60,256 nucleotides of DNA from assembly GCA_938075585.1 (NCBI GenBank), contig CALJHG010000006.1, positions 1 through 60,256 on the forward strand, given 5' to 3'. The notes beneath the pieces were generated by a model, which was not told the origin of the DNA, made no database searches, and saw only the letters and a program-made list of their open reading frames with translations. The DNA is from an uncultured Gammaproteobacteria bacterium (lineage in GTDB: Bacteria > Pseudomonadota > Gammaproteobacteria > Ga0077536). A program made the translations under genes and the position numbers. Shown one piece after another: positions 24,545 to 37,198 of this stretch (position 1 is its first letter; each line of letters begins with the position of its first letter).

Positions 24545-25570
24545 ATGTTTAAATCAAAAATCATCGTTATTTTTTTTATCGCGCTAATAATAACCGCAAC
24601 TGCCTGGAAGGTTTCAGTAGACAACAAGCCTCAGTCAGAAATTGTGAAAACCAGCCTCTTCCCTACGCTAATTGATAACATCAATGAAATAACCGAGGTG
24701 ACGATTGCAGATAGAAGATTCAAATCGATCCTTAAAAAAATTGATGGTGTCTGGTACCTACATAATAAAGACAACTACCCAGCCTCTACTAGCGGTATAA
24801 AACAATTGGCACTTGAGCTCAGCAACTTAAAAATACTCGAGGCTAAAACTAGTTCAGTCGAAAAATACGCCAAACTAGGAGTAAGTGATCTATCAATTGA
24901 AGGCTCTCGAGCAAGTCAGATAACCGTAAGTGCTAGCAAAAAAGAACTCGTCTCTTTACTAATTGGGCTAAGCCCAAAGGGAGCTAAAAAAGCCCAGCGT
25001 TATGTAAGACTTGCCAATCAAGCTACAGCACAACTGGTGGCTGGACAGATTTCCGCGCCGACGAACCCTATAGAATGGCTCGATCCTCAAATCATTGACC
25101 TGGATAGCAAAAGTATCAAACTACTGACGATAGATGTTCCGGACGAAAAGAAAATCGTTATCTCTAAAAATACCGAATCGGAAGATTTCTTCACTCTTCA
25201 AGAAATTCCCGAATCATTCGAGATGAAATCTAAAACAATTGTATCAAGTATTCCGGCTATTTTAATGGACCTGAGACTAAATGATGTCATCTCAGCAAAT
25301 ATAGTCTCAGATTTAGAACCATCGCAACAAACTACGATCACAACTTTTAGTGGTCTCGAAATACTTCTCACAGATTACATTTGGAAGGATAAACGCTATA
25401 CCGTGTTTGCGGCTAATCGCGGCAATGATAACAAAGAACTAACAGACGCTACGATAGAAAAAATAAATAATAAAGTAAATGGCTGGGCCTATGAAATTCC
25501 CTCTTACAAGCGACGGATGATAAATAGAAAGTTTGAAGACCTGATTCAAGCAATAGAGGAACCAGACTAA
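24545..25570 (+). CDS. DUF4340-like membrane-anchored periplasmic protein
   Basis: N-terminal anchor, W...YPA motif, YVR; usual fourth gene of Gld-like ABC operons. Confidence 0.7.
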   Translation: MFKSKIIVIFFIALIITATAWKVSVDNKPQSEIVKTSLFPTLIDNINEITEVTIADRRFKSILKKIDGVWYLHNKDNYPASTSGIKQLALELSNLKILEAKTSSVEKYAKLGVSDLSIEGSRASQITVSASKKELVSLLIGLSPKGAKKAQRYVRLANQATAQLVAGQISAPTNPIEWLDPQIIDLDSKSIKLLTIDVPDEKKIVISKNTESEDFFTLQEIPESFEMKSKTIVSSIPAILMDLRLNDVISANIVSDLEPSQQTTITTFSGLEILLTDYIWKDKRYTVFAANRGNDNKELTDATIEKINNKVNGWAYEIPSYKRRMINRKFEDLIQAIEEPD

Positions 25571-25726
25571 AACTAGCGACTTTTTCTACCGCCGCATAAT
25601 TTGTTTGCATCTGGAACAACCCGATGAAGCTCAAGCAAGCCCCACAATCTCAGATTTTTCAGTTTTAATGCCTAATTCACGCGCTTACGCTTATAATAAA
25701 GTTAACCAAACAGTATTTGCGTAGAA

Positions 25727-26647
25727 ATGACTAAAAACATAATGGTACCGAGGACATTCCAGGATCTGATCTTCAGACTTCAAAACTTCTGGGGAGAACA
25801 GGGGTGTGTGATCTTACAACCCTATGACATGGAAATGGGTGCCGGGACTTTCCACCCCTCCACCTTCCTAAAAGCTATTGGCCCAGAACCTTGGAAGGCT
25901 GCGTATGTGCAACCATCTCGGAGGCCAACGGATGGACGCTATGGTGAAAATCCGAATCGACTCCAGCACTATTATCAATTTCAAGTATTGCTTAAACCCT
26001 CTCCAAGTAATATCCAAGAACAATATCTCGAGTCCTTAAAAAACCTCGGGCTTGATTTGGAGACACATGATGTGCGCTTTGTTGAAGATAACTGGGAATC
26101 TCCTACATTAGGTGCTTGGGGCTTGGGCTGGGAGGTCTGGCTAAATGGAATGGAAATTACCCAGTTTACTTACTTCCAACAGGTAGGAGGGTTAGACTGT
26201 GCACCGGTGCCAGGCGAAATAACATACGGTTTGGAGAGGATCGCGATGTATCTTCAGGGTGTGGATTCAGTCTATGACTTAATTTGGAACAAGTCAGACG
26301 ATGGAGTCGTATCTTATGGTGACATTTATCACCAAAATGAAGTTCAAATGTCCAAATATAATTTTGATTTAGCCGATACTGAAGCTTTAACAAATTGGTT
26401 CGACACGTGCGAAAGAGAAACCGCGCGGCTTATAGAAGCGGATCTCCCATTGCCAGCATATGAACAAATGATAAAAGCATCTCACACTTTCAATTTACTA
26501 GACGCAAGGAAAGCGATCTCAGTCACAGAAAGACAGCGCTACATTCTGAGGGTTAGAACTCTCGCCAAAGAAATCGCTGAGTCGTACTATGAAGCTAGAA
26601 AAGCACTTGGGTTCCCAATCGGTAAAAGTAACAGGGAACTCAAATAA
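25727..26647 (+). CDS. glyQ: glycine-tRNA ligase alpha subunit
   Basis: [41 protein letters not shown]. Confidence 0.99.
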   Translation: MTKNIMVPRTFQDLIFRLQNFWGEQGCVILQPYDMEMGAGTFHPSTFLKAIGPEPWKAAYVQPSRRPTDGRYGENPNRLQHYYQFQVLLKPSPSNIQEQYLESLKNLGLDLETHDVRFVEDNWESPTLGAWGLGWEVWLNGMEITQFTYFQQVGGLDCAPVPGEITYGLERIAMYLQGVDSVYDLIWNKSDDGVVSYGDIYHQNEVQMSKYNFDLADTEALTNWFDTCERETARLIEADLPLPAYEQMIKASHTFNLLDARKAISVTERQRYILRVRTLAKEIAESYYEARKALGFPIGKSNRELK

Positions 26648-28713
26648 TGGAATCACTACTAATCGAAGTTGGAACCGAAGAATTACCCCCTAAATCACTA
26701 AAAAAATTATGTCTCGCGTTCTCTGACAATATTGTAAAACTTCTGACCAAAAATGGAGTGCAAATTGGAGAGAGTACCGCCTACGCGACTCCTAGGCGAC
26801 TCTCTATATGTATAAAAAACGTAGCTGAAAAACAAAATGATCGAATAGATGAAAGAAAAGGCCCATCAACTGCACATGCGTATGATCAAAAAGGAGAGCC
26901 AACACAAGCAGCAACAGGATTTGCTCGCTCTTGTGGTGTCGACCTCAGCGAGTTATCAACAACGAAGAGTTCTGAGGGGGAGTGGTTGTATCACTCCCAG
27001 AAAATTGAAGGCATCGTCTTAAACAAAATTTTGCCTGATCTCATTCTAGAGGCGTTGAAAACACTCCCCGCAGCAAAAAAGATGAGATGGGGCAACAAGA
27101 AAGATGAGTTTGTAAGACCTATCCAGTGGTTAGTCATTTTGCATGGCAAGCGACTTGTTCCTGCAACCTTAATGGGAGTGAATAGTGGTAATATTACCAG
27201 AGGACACAGGTTTCACGGCCAAAAAAAAATCGTGATTCCAAACGCAGAATCATACGAAGAAGAACTGCGCGTTAAAGGACGTGTGATTCCTTCATTTGAA
27301 AAAAGAAAAGGACGCATACTTGACCAAATTGAGCAAGTGAATGAACAACTAAATGGAAAAATCGAATTAGATGATGACCTTTTGGATGAAGTTGTTGGGC
27401 TAGTGGAATGGCCAACATTAGTAATGGGTAGTTTTGACAAACATTTCTTGTCTCTGCCCGATGAAGTCTTGATCAGCTCTATGCAAAAGCACCAAAAATA
27501 TTTCCCTGTCAGATCTAATGACGACATACTCACCAATGACTTCGTGACCATCTGTAATATTGAGAGCATAGATCCGGATATTGTGCGGCAAGGGAATGAG
27601 AGGGTAATCCGGCCGAGACTAGCCGACGCGCAGTTCTTCTTCCAAACCGACACGTCAAAGTCCTTGGAGAGCCATCAAGAACATCTTGGTCGTATGACTT
27701 TTCAAAAAAAACTCGGAACACTGTTAGATAAAACTAAGCGTATAACGGTTATCGCAAGTGAGATCAGTGAAGTTTGTAACGCTAAGCAAATTGATACTAA
27801 TAGAGCCGCACAGTTGGCCAGGTGTGATTTACTTTCAGAAATGGTCGGAGAGTTTCCTGATCTACAAGGTGTTATGGGAGGCTACTACGCCGAAAAAGAT
27901 GGTGAAAATCCAGAAGTCTGTCTTGCCATTAAAGAGTTTTATCATCCTAGGTTTTCGGGTGATACTATCCCGTCAACTGCTACCGGAAGATGTATAACTC
28001 TGGCCGATAAAATTGACTCGATAGTCGGTTTATTTGGAGTAGGCCTGGCACCAACAGGTGATAAAGATTTTTATGCCCTGCGCAGAGCCGCAGTCGGAGT
28101 TTTCCGGATAATTGTAGAATCCAATATCGAAATTGATCTGCAAAACTTAATATCAATTGCCACGAACCAGTTCAATAAGATTTCATTTCCAGACAAAATC
28201 ACTGTTGATATTTTGACTTTTATAGACGATAGGATGCGTGCCTACTATCTCGATACTGGCTTACCAATCGACACTTTTAATTCCATACCGAGCCTAAAAA
28301 TAATAAGTCCATTGGAGAAAGACCGCCGGATAAAAGCCGTAACCGAGTATCGTGAGCTGCCGGAGGCTCGCAGCCTGTCTGCTGCAAATAAACGCATAAC
28401 CAATATTCTGAAAAAATCGGTAGAAAAAAATCGTGGTGCGTGGAATCAAAAACTACTTATAGATGATAGTGAAAAGAAGCTTGCTGAGAAAATTAGTTCA
28501 CTCAGACCCCAGCTTGACACTCTTTTCAACGAACTAAAATATGTCGGATACATGAAAAAGCTTGCGGAACTAAATGATACTGTTAATAATTTTTTCGAAG
28601 ACGTTATGATTATCTGTAATGAAAAAGACATACAACATAATCGAGTTGCCCTTTTATACGATCTTCAAGACCTATTCGGTAAAATCGCTGACATTGGTAA
28701 AATCCAACTTTAA
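26647..28713 (+). CDS. glyS: glycine-tRNA ligase beta subunit
   Basis: EVGTEELPP, TPRR, MRWG, GNERVIRPRLADA, EFPDLQG. Confidence 0.98.
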   Translation: MESLLIEVGTEELPPKSLKKLCLAFSDNIVKLLTKNGVQIGESTAYATPRRLSICIKNVAEKQNDRIDERKGPSTAHAYDQKGEPTQAATGFARSCGVDLSELSTTKSSEGEWLYHSQKIEGIVLNKILPDLILEALKTLPAAKKMRWGNKKDEFVRPIQWLVILHGKRLVPATLMGVNSGNITRGHRFHGQKKIVIPNAESYEEELRVKGRVIPSFEKRKGRILDQIEQVNEQLNGKIELDDDLLDEVVGLVEWPTLVMGSFDKHFLSLPDEVLISSMQKHQKYFPVRSNDDILTNDFVTICNIESIDPDIVRQGNERVIRPRLADAQFFFQTDTSKSLESHQEHLGRMTFQKKLGTLLDKTKRITVIASEISEVCNAKQIDTNRAAQLARCDLLSEMVGEFPDLQGVMGGYYAEKDGENPEVCLAIKEFYHPRFSGDTIPSTATGRCITLADKIDSIVGLFGVGLAPTGDKDFYALRRAAVGVFRIIVESNIEIDLQNLISIATNQFNKISFPDKITVDILTFIDDRMRAYYLDTGLPIDTFNSIPSLKIISPLEKDRRIKAVTEYRELPEARSLSAANKRITNILKKSVEKNRGAWNQKLLIDDSEKKLAEKISSLRPQLDTLFNELKYVGYMKKLAELNDTVNNFFEDVMIICNEKDIQHNRVALLYDLQDLFGKIADIGKIQL

Positions 28714-28749
28714 ATATATATTCTTTGCAGATCAAGAAGTCACTGAGAA

Positions 28750-29475
28750 ATGCTTACAACAATAAGATCTTGGATGTTTTATGCGGGGCTAATCCCTCTG
28801 ACTATTTTCTTCTCGATTATCAGTGTGTGTGTGCTCATCTTGCCATCCACTCCAAGATACAAAACAATCATAACATGGTCTAAGTTGGCGTTATGGTGGT
28901 TAAAAATAACGTGTAATTTACATTGGGCGGCAAAGGGTATAGAAAATATAACCGATCGGCCGGGAGTTATTTTATGCAAGCATCAATCCGCTTGGGAAAC
29001 GATTGCGATGCAAATGATCTTTCCGAAACAGACTCAAGTCCTAAAAAAAGAGCTGCTGAACATACCTTTTTTCGGCTGGGGTCTCGCGTGCCTTAACCCA
29101 ATCGCTATAAATAGGAAACAGGGTGCTAAATCTGTAAAAAAAATCCTAGATATAGGTCAAAAAAAAATCAAAGACGGATGGTGGGTACTTTTTTTTCCAG
29201 AAGGTACACGTATTGCGGTAGGGAAAAATGGGCGATTCACGCAGACTGGTGCTGCTCTTGCCCTGGAAGCTAACTGTCCAATTATACCGGTAGCCCATAA
29301 TGCTGGAGTTTTCTGGAAGAAAAATACTGTGAAAAAATATCCTGGGACTATTGAAGTCATTATTGGGGCACCAATCTCAACCACAGGACGCAGTAGAAAA
29401 AACATCATCAAAGACGCAGAGAACTGGATCGACACAACGTGCGCAAAATTGCCTAGCGAAATAGGTACCAACTAA
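28750..29475 (+). CDS. plsC: 1-acyl-sn-glycerol-3-phosphate acyltransferase
   Basis: KHQSAWET (HxxxxE variant), KKEL, FPEGTR; usual position after glyS. Confidence 0.88.
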   Translation: MLTTIRSWMFYAGLIPLTIFFSIISVCVLILPSTPRYKTIITWSKLALWWLKITCNLHWAAKGIENITDRPGVILCKHQSAWETIAMQMIFPKQTQVLKKELLNIPFFGWGLACLNPIAINRKQGAKSVKKILDIGQKKIKDGWWVLFFPEGTRIAVGKNGRFTQTGAALALEANCPIIPVAHNAGVFWKKNTVKKYPGTIEVIIGAPISTTGRSRKNIIKDAENWIDTTCAKLPSEIGTN

Positions 29476-30296
29476 TCCCTTCTCGACCTGCGTAATAAAT
29501 AATTCGAGCAATGTATCTTTCGAAATGGGTACAATAGCATATCCTGGAAATTGTTCCCTTGCGCGTTAATATCTGCCACACCAAACTTAAGTCGTGTCAC
29601 CTCGGGTAATGTATAACAGGTATAGGTTTTGAATAATCTATCCCACAAACACAAGCAGAAACCAAAATTCTTTTGGCTTTCGACTACTCCAACCGAATGA
29701 TGAATCCAATGAGTCTGAGGAGTAATAAACACACGCTCTAATATTACTTGGTACCGAGATAGTAGCTTCGAATTACTATGTGAGAAAAGCGAAAAACTGC
29801 TCAACACGATTTCAAAAACCACCACCGCCAAGATACTAGGCCCTATAAGAAATACAATCAACCACTTGTACGCTAGTGAAAAAAAAATCTCTCCCGGATG
29901 GAATCTAAATCCAGTAGTCGCATCTAAGCGCTCATCAGCATGATGTATTTGATGAAAGCGCCACAGAAACGGCACCGCGTGCATGGTGATGTGCTGTAAA
30001 TAGATGAGAAAATCCAAAAGAATCAATGTAATAATAAATGATACCCCTACATGCATTGGAAAAACGTTAAAAATTCCAAAGTCGTTCGATTGAGCAAATG
30101 CCGCAGCGCTGACAGCTGACATCGAAATCAGTAAGCGAGAAGTCCCTACAGTGCCCAATAAAAAAAGCATGTTTGTGAATCGATTTATTGTCCATACTTC
30201 GCGATAGCGGACTAAAGGGCTTCTCCACTCTAGTAACAGCAGCATCAAAAAACATACAGAAAATAAACCTACACGAATTAACGTTTGATTTTCCAC
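29472..30296 (-). CDS. sterol desaturase / fatty acid hydroxylase family membrane protein
   Basis: His boxes HITMH, HQIHH, HSN, HWIHH; RFHP; NFG..WDRLF. Confidence 0.88.
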   Translation of the reverse strand: MENQTLIRVGLFSVCFLMLLLLEWRSPLVRYREVWTINRFTNMLFLLGTVGTSRLLISMSAVSAAAFAQSNDFGIFNVFPMHVGVSFIITLILLDFLIYLQHITMHAVPFLWRFHQIHHADERLDATTGFRFHPGEIFFSLAYKWLIVFLIGPSILAVVVFEIVLSSFSLFSHSNSKLLSRYQVILERVFITPQTHWIHHSVGVVESQKNFGFCLCLWDRLFKTYTCYTLPEVTRLKFGVADINAQGNNFQDMLLYPFRKIHCSNYLLRRSRRD

Positions 30297-30381
30297 GATA
30301 ATTACCTTTAAAAAGATAGATAGTAATATTTACGCTACCACAGTACCTTATTACTATCCTAGTGTAATAAAATTATACTAG

Positions 30382-32830
<2,449 letters not shown>

Positions 32831-32834
<4 letters not shown>

Positions 32835-33910
32835 TTCAACTCTCCTAGCGGTAACCAAACAGAAAATACTGTTTTACCCACTTCACTTTCAAAACCTACT
32901 AATCCGCCCTGTCTCTGTATGAGGGACTGTGCTGTAGGAAGACCTAAACCAGTTCCCTCCGGTCTTCCCGTGACTAACGGGTAAAATATAGAAGTGCCTA
33001 ATTCTGGATCGATACCAGGTCCATTATCGATAATCTGTATCACCAAAACTAATCTGTGGAGCTTCGCACCAATTGTGAATTTTCGCTGTACACGAGTCTT
33101 TAAGGTTATATTTCCTCTCGCAGAAACGACTGCTTGGGCAGCATTGCGCACAATATTTAAAAGAGCCTGGATCAGTTTGTCTCTATCAGCCTTTATAGGA
33201 GGTAAACTGGGATCATAGTCATCTAATATTGAAATCTGTGTCCCGTGTTCCGAATCTACTATCAGCCGAACATGCTCTAAAACTTCGTGTATATTAATTT
33301 CTTCTATGTCTAGTTGACCCGCAGGTTCCAACATCCTATCAACCAGTAACCGCAATCTATCGGTTTCACCTATAATTACTTGGGTATATTCGGCTAGCGA
33401 CTTGCTCGTTAGCTCCCTCTCTAAAAGTTGGGCCGCACCGCGAATACCTCCGAGAGGATTTTTGATCTCGTGCGCTAGTCCTTGGATAAATGCGCTTGCT
33501 GCATAATTTTGAGTAAGCATTTGGCCGTCACGCTGTATATTGCGGTGACGAGCTACGTTGGTCATTTCAATCAAAACGATAGCCGGTGATCCTTCCTCAA
33601 GCCACAAAGGCATAACATTGCAGTCTACAAACACTTTTTCTGACAAATGCATCCCCAGATAGATACCCCTCTCCATGAATGATCGCTCTTCACTTAAAGC
33701 TCGCCGAGCGGCTTTTTCTAGAGCTAACCCCTGTGGGAACAAGTCTCTTAAACAACGACCCTTGAGTTTGGACTCACTTAAAGCAAAAAGAGTTTGCGCA
33801 GAGGCGTTCAAAGTCACTACTCGCAAGGCCGAATTGACCACTAAAACTGAAGTGGCCATAACACTCAGTAAATCTATATCACCTAATTCAATACTTTGAT
33901 CGCGCTTCAT
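32831..33910 (-). CDS. ntrB: nitrogen regulation sensor kinase NtrB (GlnL)
   Basis: PAS domain, GLAHEIKNPLGGIRGAAQLL, DNGPGI, GTGLGL. Start likely ATG 33910, just downstream of the NtrC site. Confidence 0.95.
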
Positions 33911-33927
33911 TGCACTATTTTGGTGCA
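33911..33927. promoter_or_regulatory. NtrC binding site at the ntrB 5' end
   Basis: TGCACTATTTTGGTGCA matches the TGCAC-N7-GTGCA consensus. Confidence 0.85.
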
Positions 33928-34025
33928 TTTAATCACCTGCCGTCCAGAACTTTTAAAAATATTCATACCTTTCGATAAGTTACTATTTGTTTAGGTATCA
34001 AAATTGTTTCTTTATTAATAATAGA

Positions 34026-34041
34026 AGCAAGAATTGGACCA
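34026..34041 (-). promoter_or_regulatory. possible sigma54 -24/-12 promoter upstream of ntrB
   Basis: Minus strand TGGTCCAATTCTTGCT (GG-N10-GC with TTGC). Confidence 0.45.
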
Positions 34042-34056
34042 TGACGAAAAATAACT

Positions 34057-34083
34057 AAAAAAAAGCCCCCTAGGAGGGGGCTT
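34057..34083 (-). terminator. Rho-independent terminator of glnA
   Basis: 9-bp stem AAGCCCCCT/AGGGGGCTT with 3-nt loop, followed by a T-tract on the minus strand. Confidence 0.88.
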
Positions 34084-34102
34084 AATCAACTTTCACAAAA
34101 GT

Positions 34103-35530
34103 TTAGACGCTGTAATACATCTCGAACTCTTTCGGATGCGTAGACATTCTCAGTGCAGTTACTTCCTCCATTTTTAGGGAGATATAAGCATCTATTGCAT
34201 CATCGGAGAATACATTTCCAGCCTTTAAAAAGTCCCGATCAGCATCTAAAGCGGTCAACGCCTCATGCAAAGAAAAACAAACCGTAGGGATCGCTTCGCC
34301 GATAGGAAGCCCGGTTAATTCGTCACTCTCAAGGACGTACAAATCTCTGTCCTGTGGATCGCCTGGATGTATTTTATTCTTTATGCCATCAAGGCCCGCC
34401 ATCAACAAGGCGGCAAACGTGAAATAAGGGTTGCCCGCAGAATCAGGAAATCTGACCTCAATTCTTCGAGCTTTTTCACTATCAACCCAAGGTATCCTAA
34501 CCGACGCTGACCTGTTACGCGCAGAATAAGCTAAAAAAGTAGGCGCCTCGAAACCGGGTACCAATCTCTTATAGCTATTTGTGCTAGCGTTAGAGAAAGC
34601 ATTGATCGCGCGAGCATGTTTTATTATGCCCCCGATATAATAAAGAGCCGTTTCAGACAGGTTCCCGTAGCCATCTCCAGCAAACAAGTTTTTACCGTCT
34701 TTGCTTATGGATTGATGTACATGCATTCCATTACCATTGTCACCAACCAGCGGTTTCGGCATAAAAGTAGCTGTTTTCCCATAACCATGCGCTACATTAT
34801 GAACACAATACTTAAGGATTTGATTCGCATCGGCTCTTTTTACTAGCGTATCAAATTTAGTTCCTATCTCACATTGTCCGGCGGTCGCCACCTCATGATG
34901 ATGAACTTCAGTCTCTATACCCATTTCTTCCATCACTAAACACATCGTGGATCTGATGTCCTGAAGTGAATCCACAGGAGGGACTGGGAAATAGCCGCCT
35001 TTTACACCAGGACGGTGTCCTGTATTTCCATCCTCATAAGATTTACTAGAATTCCAGCCGGCTTCATCAGAATCAATGCTAAATCCTGCGCCTTTCATCT
35101 CGTTGTTATATTTTACATCGTCGAAAACGAAAAACTCTGGTTCAGGGCCAAAATAAGCTGTATCCCCAATACCAGAGTCATTTAGATACGCCTCAGCTCT
35201 TTTTGCCGCTGATCTCGGACAGCGCTCATAACCTTCTCCGGTCGACGGTTCGACCACGTCGCATCGAATATTATAAGTTTTTTCCTCAAAGAATGGATCC
35301 ATCACTCCAGTCGAAGCATCGGGCATCAAAATCATGTCTGACTCGTTAATATCCTTCCAACCGGAGATGGAGGAGCCATCAAACATTTTTCCAGATTTAA
35401 AAAAATCCTCGTTAACTTCTCGTGCGGGAATAGTTACGTGCTGCTCTTTACCCTTGGTATCTGTGAAGCGCACATCGACAAACACCACATCTTCATCTTT
35501 TATAGTCTTTAAAATATTTTCCACGGACAT
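34103..35530 (-). CDS. glnA: glutamine synthetase type I
   Basis: [52 protein letters not shown] 35530 has a GGAG RBS. Confidence 0.99.
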   Translation of the reverse strand: MSVENILKTIKDEDVVFVDVRFTDTKGKEQHVTIPAREVNEDFFKSGKMFDGSSISGWKDINESDMILMPDASTGVMDPFFEEKTYNIRCDVVEPSTGEGYERCPRSAAKRAEAYLNDSGIGDTAYFGPEPEFFVFDDVKYNNEMKGAGFSIDSDEAGWNSSKSYEDGNTGHRPGVKGGYFPVPPVDSLQDIRSTMCLVMEEMGIETEVHHHEVATAGQCEIGTKFDTLVKRADANQILKYCVHNVAHGYGKTATFMPKPLVGDNGNGMHVHQSISKDGKNLFAGDGYGNLSETALYYIGGIIKHARAINAFSNASTNSYKRLVPGFEAPTFLAYSARNRSASVRIPWVDSEKARRIEVRFPDSAGNPYFTFAALLMAGLDGIKNKIHPGDPQDRDLYVLESDELTGLPIGEAIPTVCFSLHEALTALDADRDFLKAGNVFSDDAIDAYISLKMEEVTALRMSTHPKEFEMYYSV

Positions 35531-35582
35531 TTTAATTTTCTCCAACTTGAGTCATGTAACTTAATCTTTTTATAAAACTACA

Positions 35583-35598
35583 TGCACAAGGCGTGCCA
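35583..35598 (-). promoter_or_regulatory. sigma54 promoter of glnA
   Basis: Minus strand TGGCACGCCTTGTGCA (GG-N10-GC). Confidence 0.85.
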
Positions 35599-35648
35599 TT
35601 GCAAAACACCACAATTAATCCATCTAAAAGGGATCAATGGAGCATATA

Positions 35649-35696
35649 TGATTTAAAATGGTGCAATGTCGGTAATTTATGACTTTTTTTGGTGCA
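35649..35696. promoter_or_regulatory. paired NtrC enhancer sites upstream of the glnA sigma54 promoter
   Basis: TGATTTAAAATGGTGCA (35649-35665) and TGACTTTTTTTGGTGCA (35680-35696), 31 bp apart. Confidence 0.75.
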
Positions 35697-35697
35697 T

Positions 35698-36957
35698 TCA
35701 ATCGATTAGCACGTCTCTCTCGTCGCTAATTAAACTATCAAAGGTCTGCCGACGACGTACAATGCTGTAAGACGATCCATTTATAAGGATCTCGGCGCAC
35801 CGCAAACGAGCATTATAATTCGAGCCCATAACAGAGCCGTATGCTCCGCAATCAGCGACAGCCACAAGGTCTCCTTCAAACACATGTAATCGGCGATCTT
35901 TGGCTAGCGTATCTCCAGTCTCGCAAATCGGACCTACCACATCACAAATATCACCTTCAACACCTGTCAAACTCTCACAATAAGTCAATACGTCGTGCCA
36001 GCCATCATACAAAGCAGGCCGTAATAGGTCATTCATACCCGCATCTACGATCACAAAATTTCTATCTTTTGTCTTCTTAATAAATTCTACCCGTGTAAGC
36101 ATTAGTCCCGCCGGACCAACAATCGAACGACCTGGCTCTAAAACTAATTTAAACTCCTTCGGAACAACTCGACATAACCCGTCTACAAGCTCGTTGATAG
36201 TGGGCGGCGTCTCACCACGGTAATCAATACCCAATCCCCCACCAACATCGATGGTCTCAATTTGTATCCCAATAGTTTTGAGGTCCAAGGCTAAATCAAC
36301 CACATGCCCCACCGCTTCAAGTATCGGATCGACAATAGTTATCTGAGAGCCTATATGGCATGCAATACCTGATGGGTTTAGCCATTTAGAAGAAGAAATT
36401 CTCTGATAGAGTTCTCGTGCGTCATCAATGGGTACTCCAAACTTACTGTCTTTTAGACCAGTTGAAATATAAGGATGAGTTTTAGGATCAACGTCAGGAT
36501 TGACCCTTACAGCAACATTCACGAATACGCCCATATTTGCTGCTACACTTTCTAGTCTTTCGAATTCTTCGCAGGATTCTAAATTAATGGAACCTACTCC
36601 AGCTTTTAGCGCTTCTTCAATTTCGTCTCTAGTTTTCCCAACGCCCGAAAAAACCACACCCGCTGGCTTACCTCCGGCAGCTATCACCTTATTCAGTTCC
36701 CCGATAGACACCACGTCGAAGTCCGACCCAATGAGGGTCAAAGCCTTCAAAATAGATAAATTGTCATTTGCTTTTACCGCATAGCAAATGCGATGTGCCC
36801 TCTCTTTAAAAGCGCTATTGTACTGGCACCATGCTTGCTCAAACGATCGTCGAGAATATACGTAGCACGGGGTTCCTACTTCGTCCGCTATTTGCCCCAA
36901 ATCAACATCTTCGAGATGTAACCGATTATTATGATATTTCAGAAATTTCGATTTCAT
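35698..36957 (-). CDS. lysA: diaminopimelate decarboxylase
   Basis: YAVKAN, SKFG, HIGSQ, GGGLG, EPGR, VGPICETGD, GAYG. Confidence 0.97.
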   Translation of the reverse strand: MKSKFLKYHNNRLHLEDVDLGQIADEVGTPCYVYSRRSFEQAWCQYNSAFKERAHRICYAVKANDNLSILKALTLIGSDFDVVSIGELNKVIAAGGKPAGVVFSGVGKTRDEIEEALKAGVGSINLESCEEFERLESVAANMGVFVNVAVRVNPDVDPKTHPYISTGLKDSKFGVPIDDARELYQRISSSKWLNPSGIACHIGSQITIVDPILEAVGHVVDLALDLKTIGIQIETIDVGGGLGIDYRGETPPTINELVDGLCRVVPKEFKLVLEPGRSIVGPAGLMLTRVEFIKKTKDRNFVIVDAGMNDLLRPALYDGWHDVLTYCESLTGVEGDICDVVGPICETGDTLAKDRRLHVFEGDLVAVADCGAYGSVMGSNYNARLRCAEILINGSSYSIVRRRQTFDSLISDERDVLID

Positions 36958-36981
36958 TTACATCCGCTAGCAATATTTAAT

Positions 36982-37131
36982 TCAATCGGAAGACTGTGAT
37001 CGAGCATCAAGCAGTTGGTTGTTGCCATTACTTTTTGGGATATACAGCTCCCCTTTTTGACCGCAGGACAGATTTGCGACTAATAAAAACATTACCGCAA
37101 AAAACAGCTTAAATTTTTTCATCGTGTTCAT
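36982..37131 (-). CDS. lptM: small lipoprotein, LptM/YifL/LppL family (absent from the ORF track)
   Basis: Hand translation MNTMKKFKLFFAVMFLLVANLSCGQKGELYIPKS... has a lipobox and CGQKGxLY motif; directly upstream of lysA. Confidence 0.85.
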   Translation of the reverse strand: MNTMKKFKLFFAVMFLLVANLSCGQKGELYIPKSNGNNQLLDARSQSSD

Positions 37132-37198
37132 AGCCTAATTCATGAGTACTGTATTGTAACTAAGAAACTTAGCGTGTAATACGGTTTTCACAATATCC

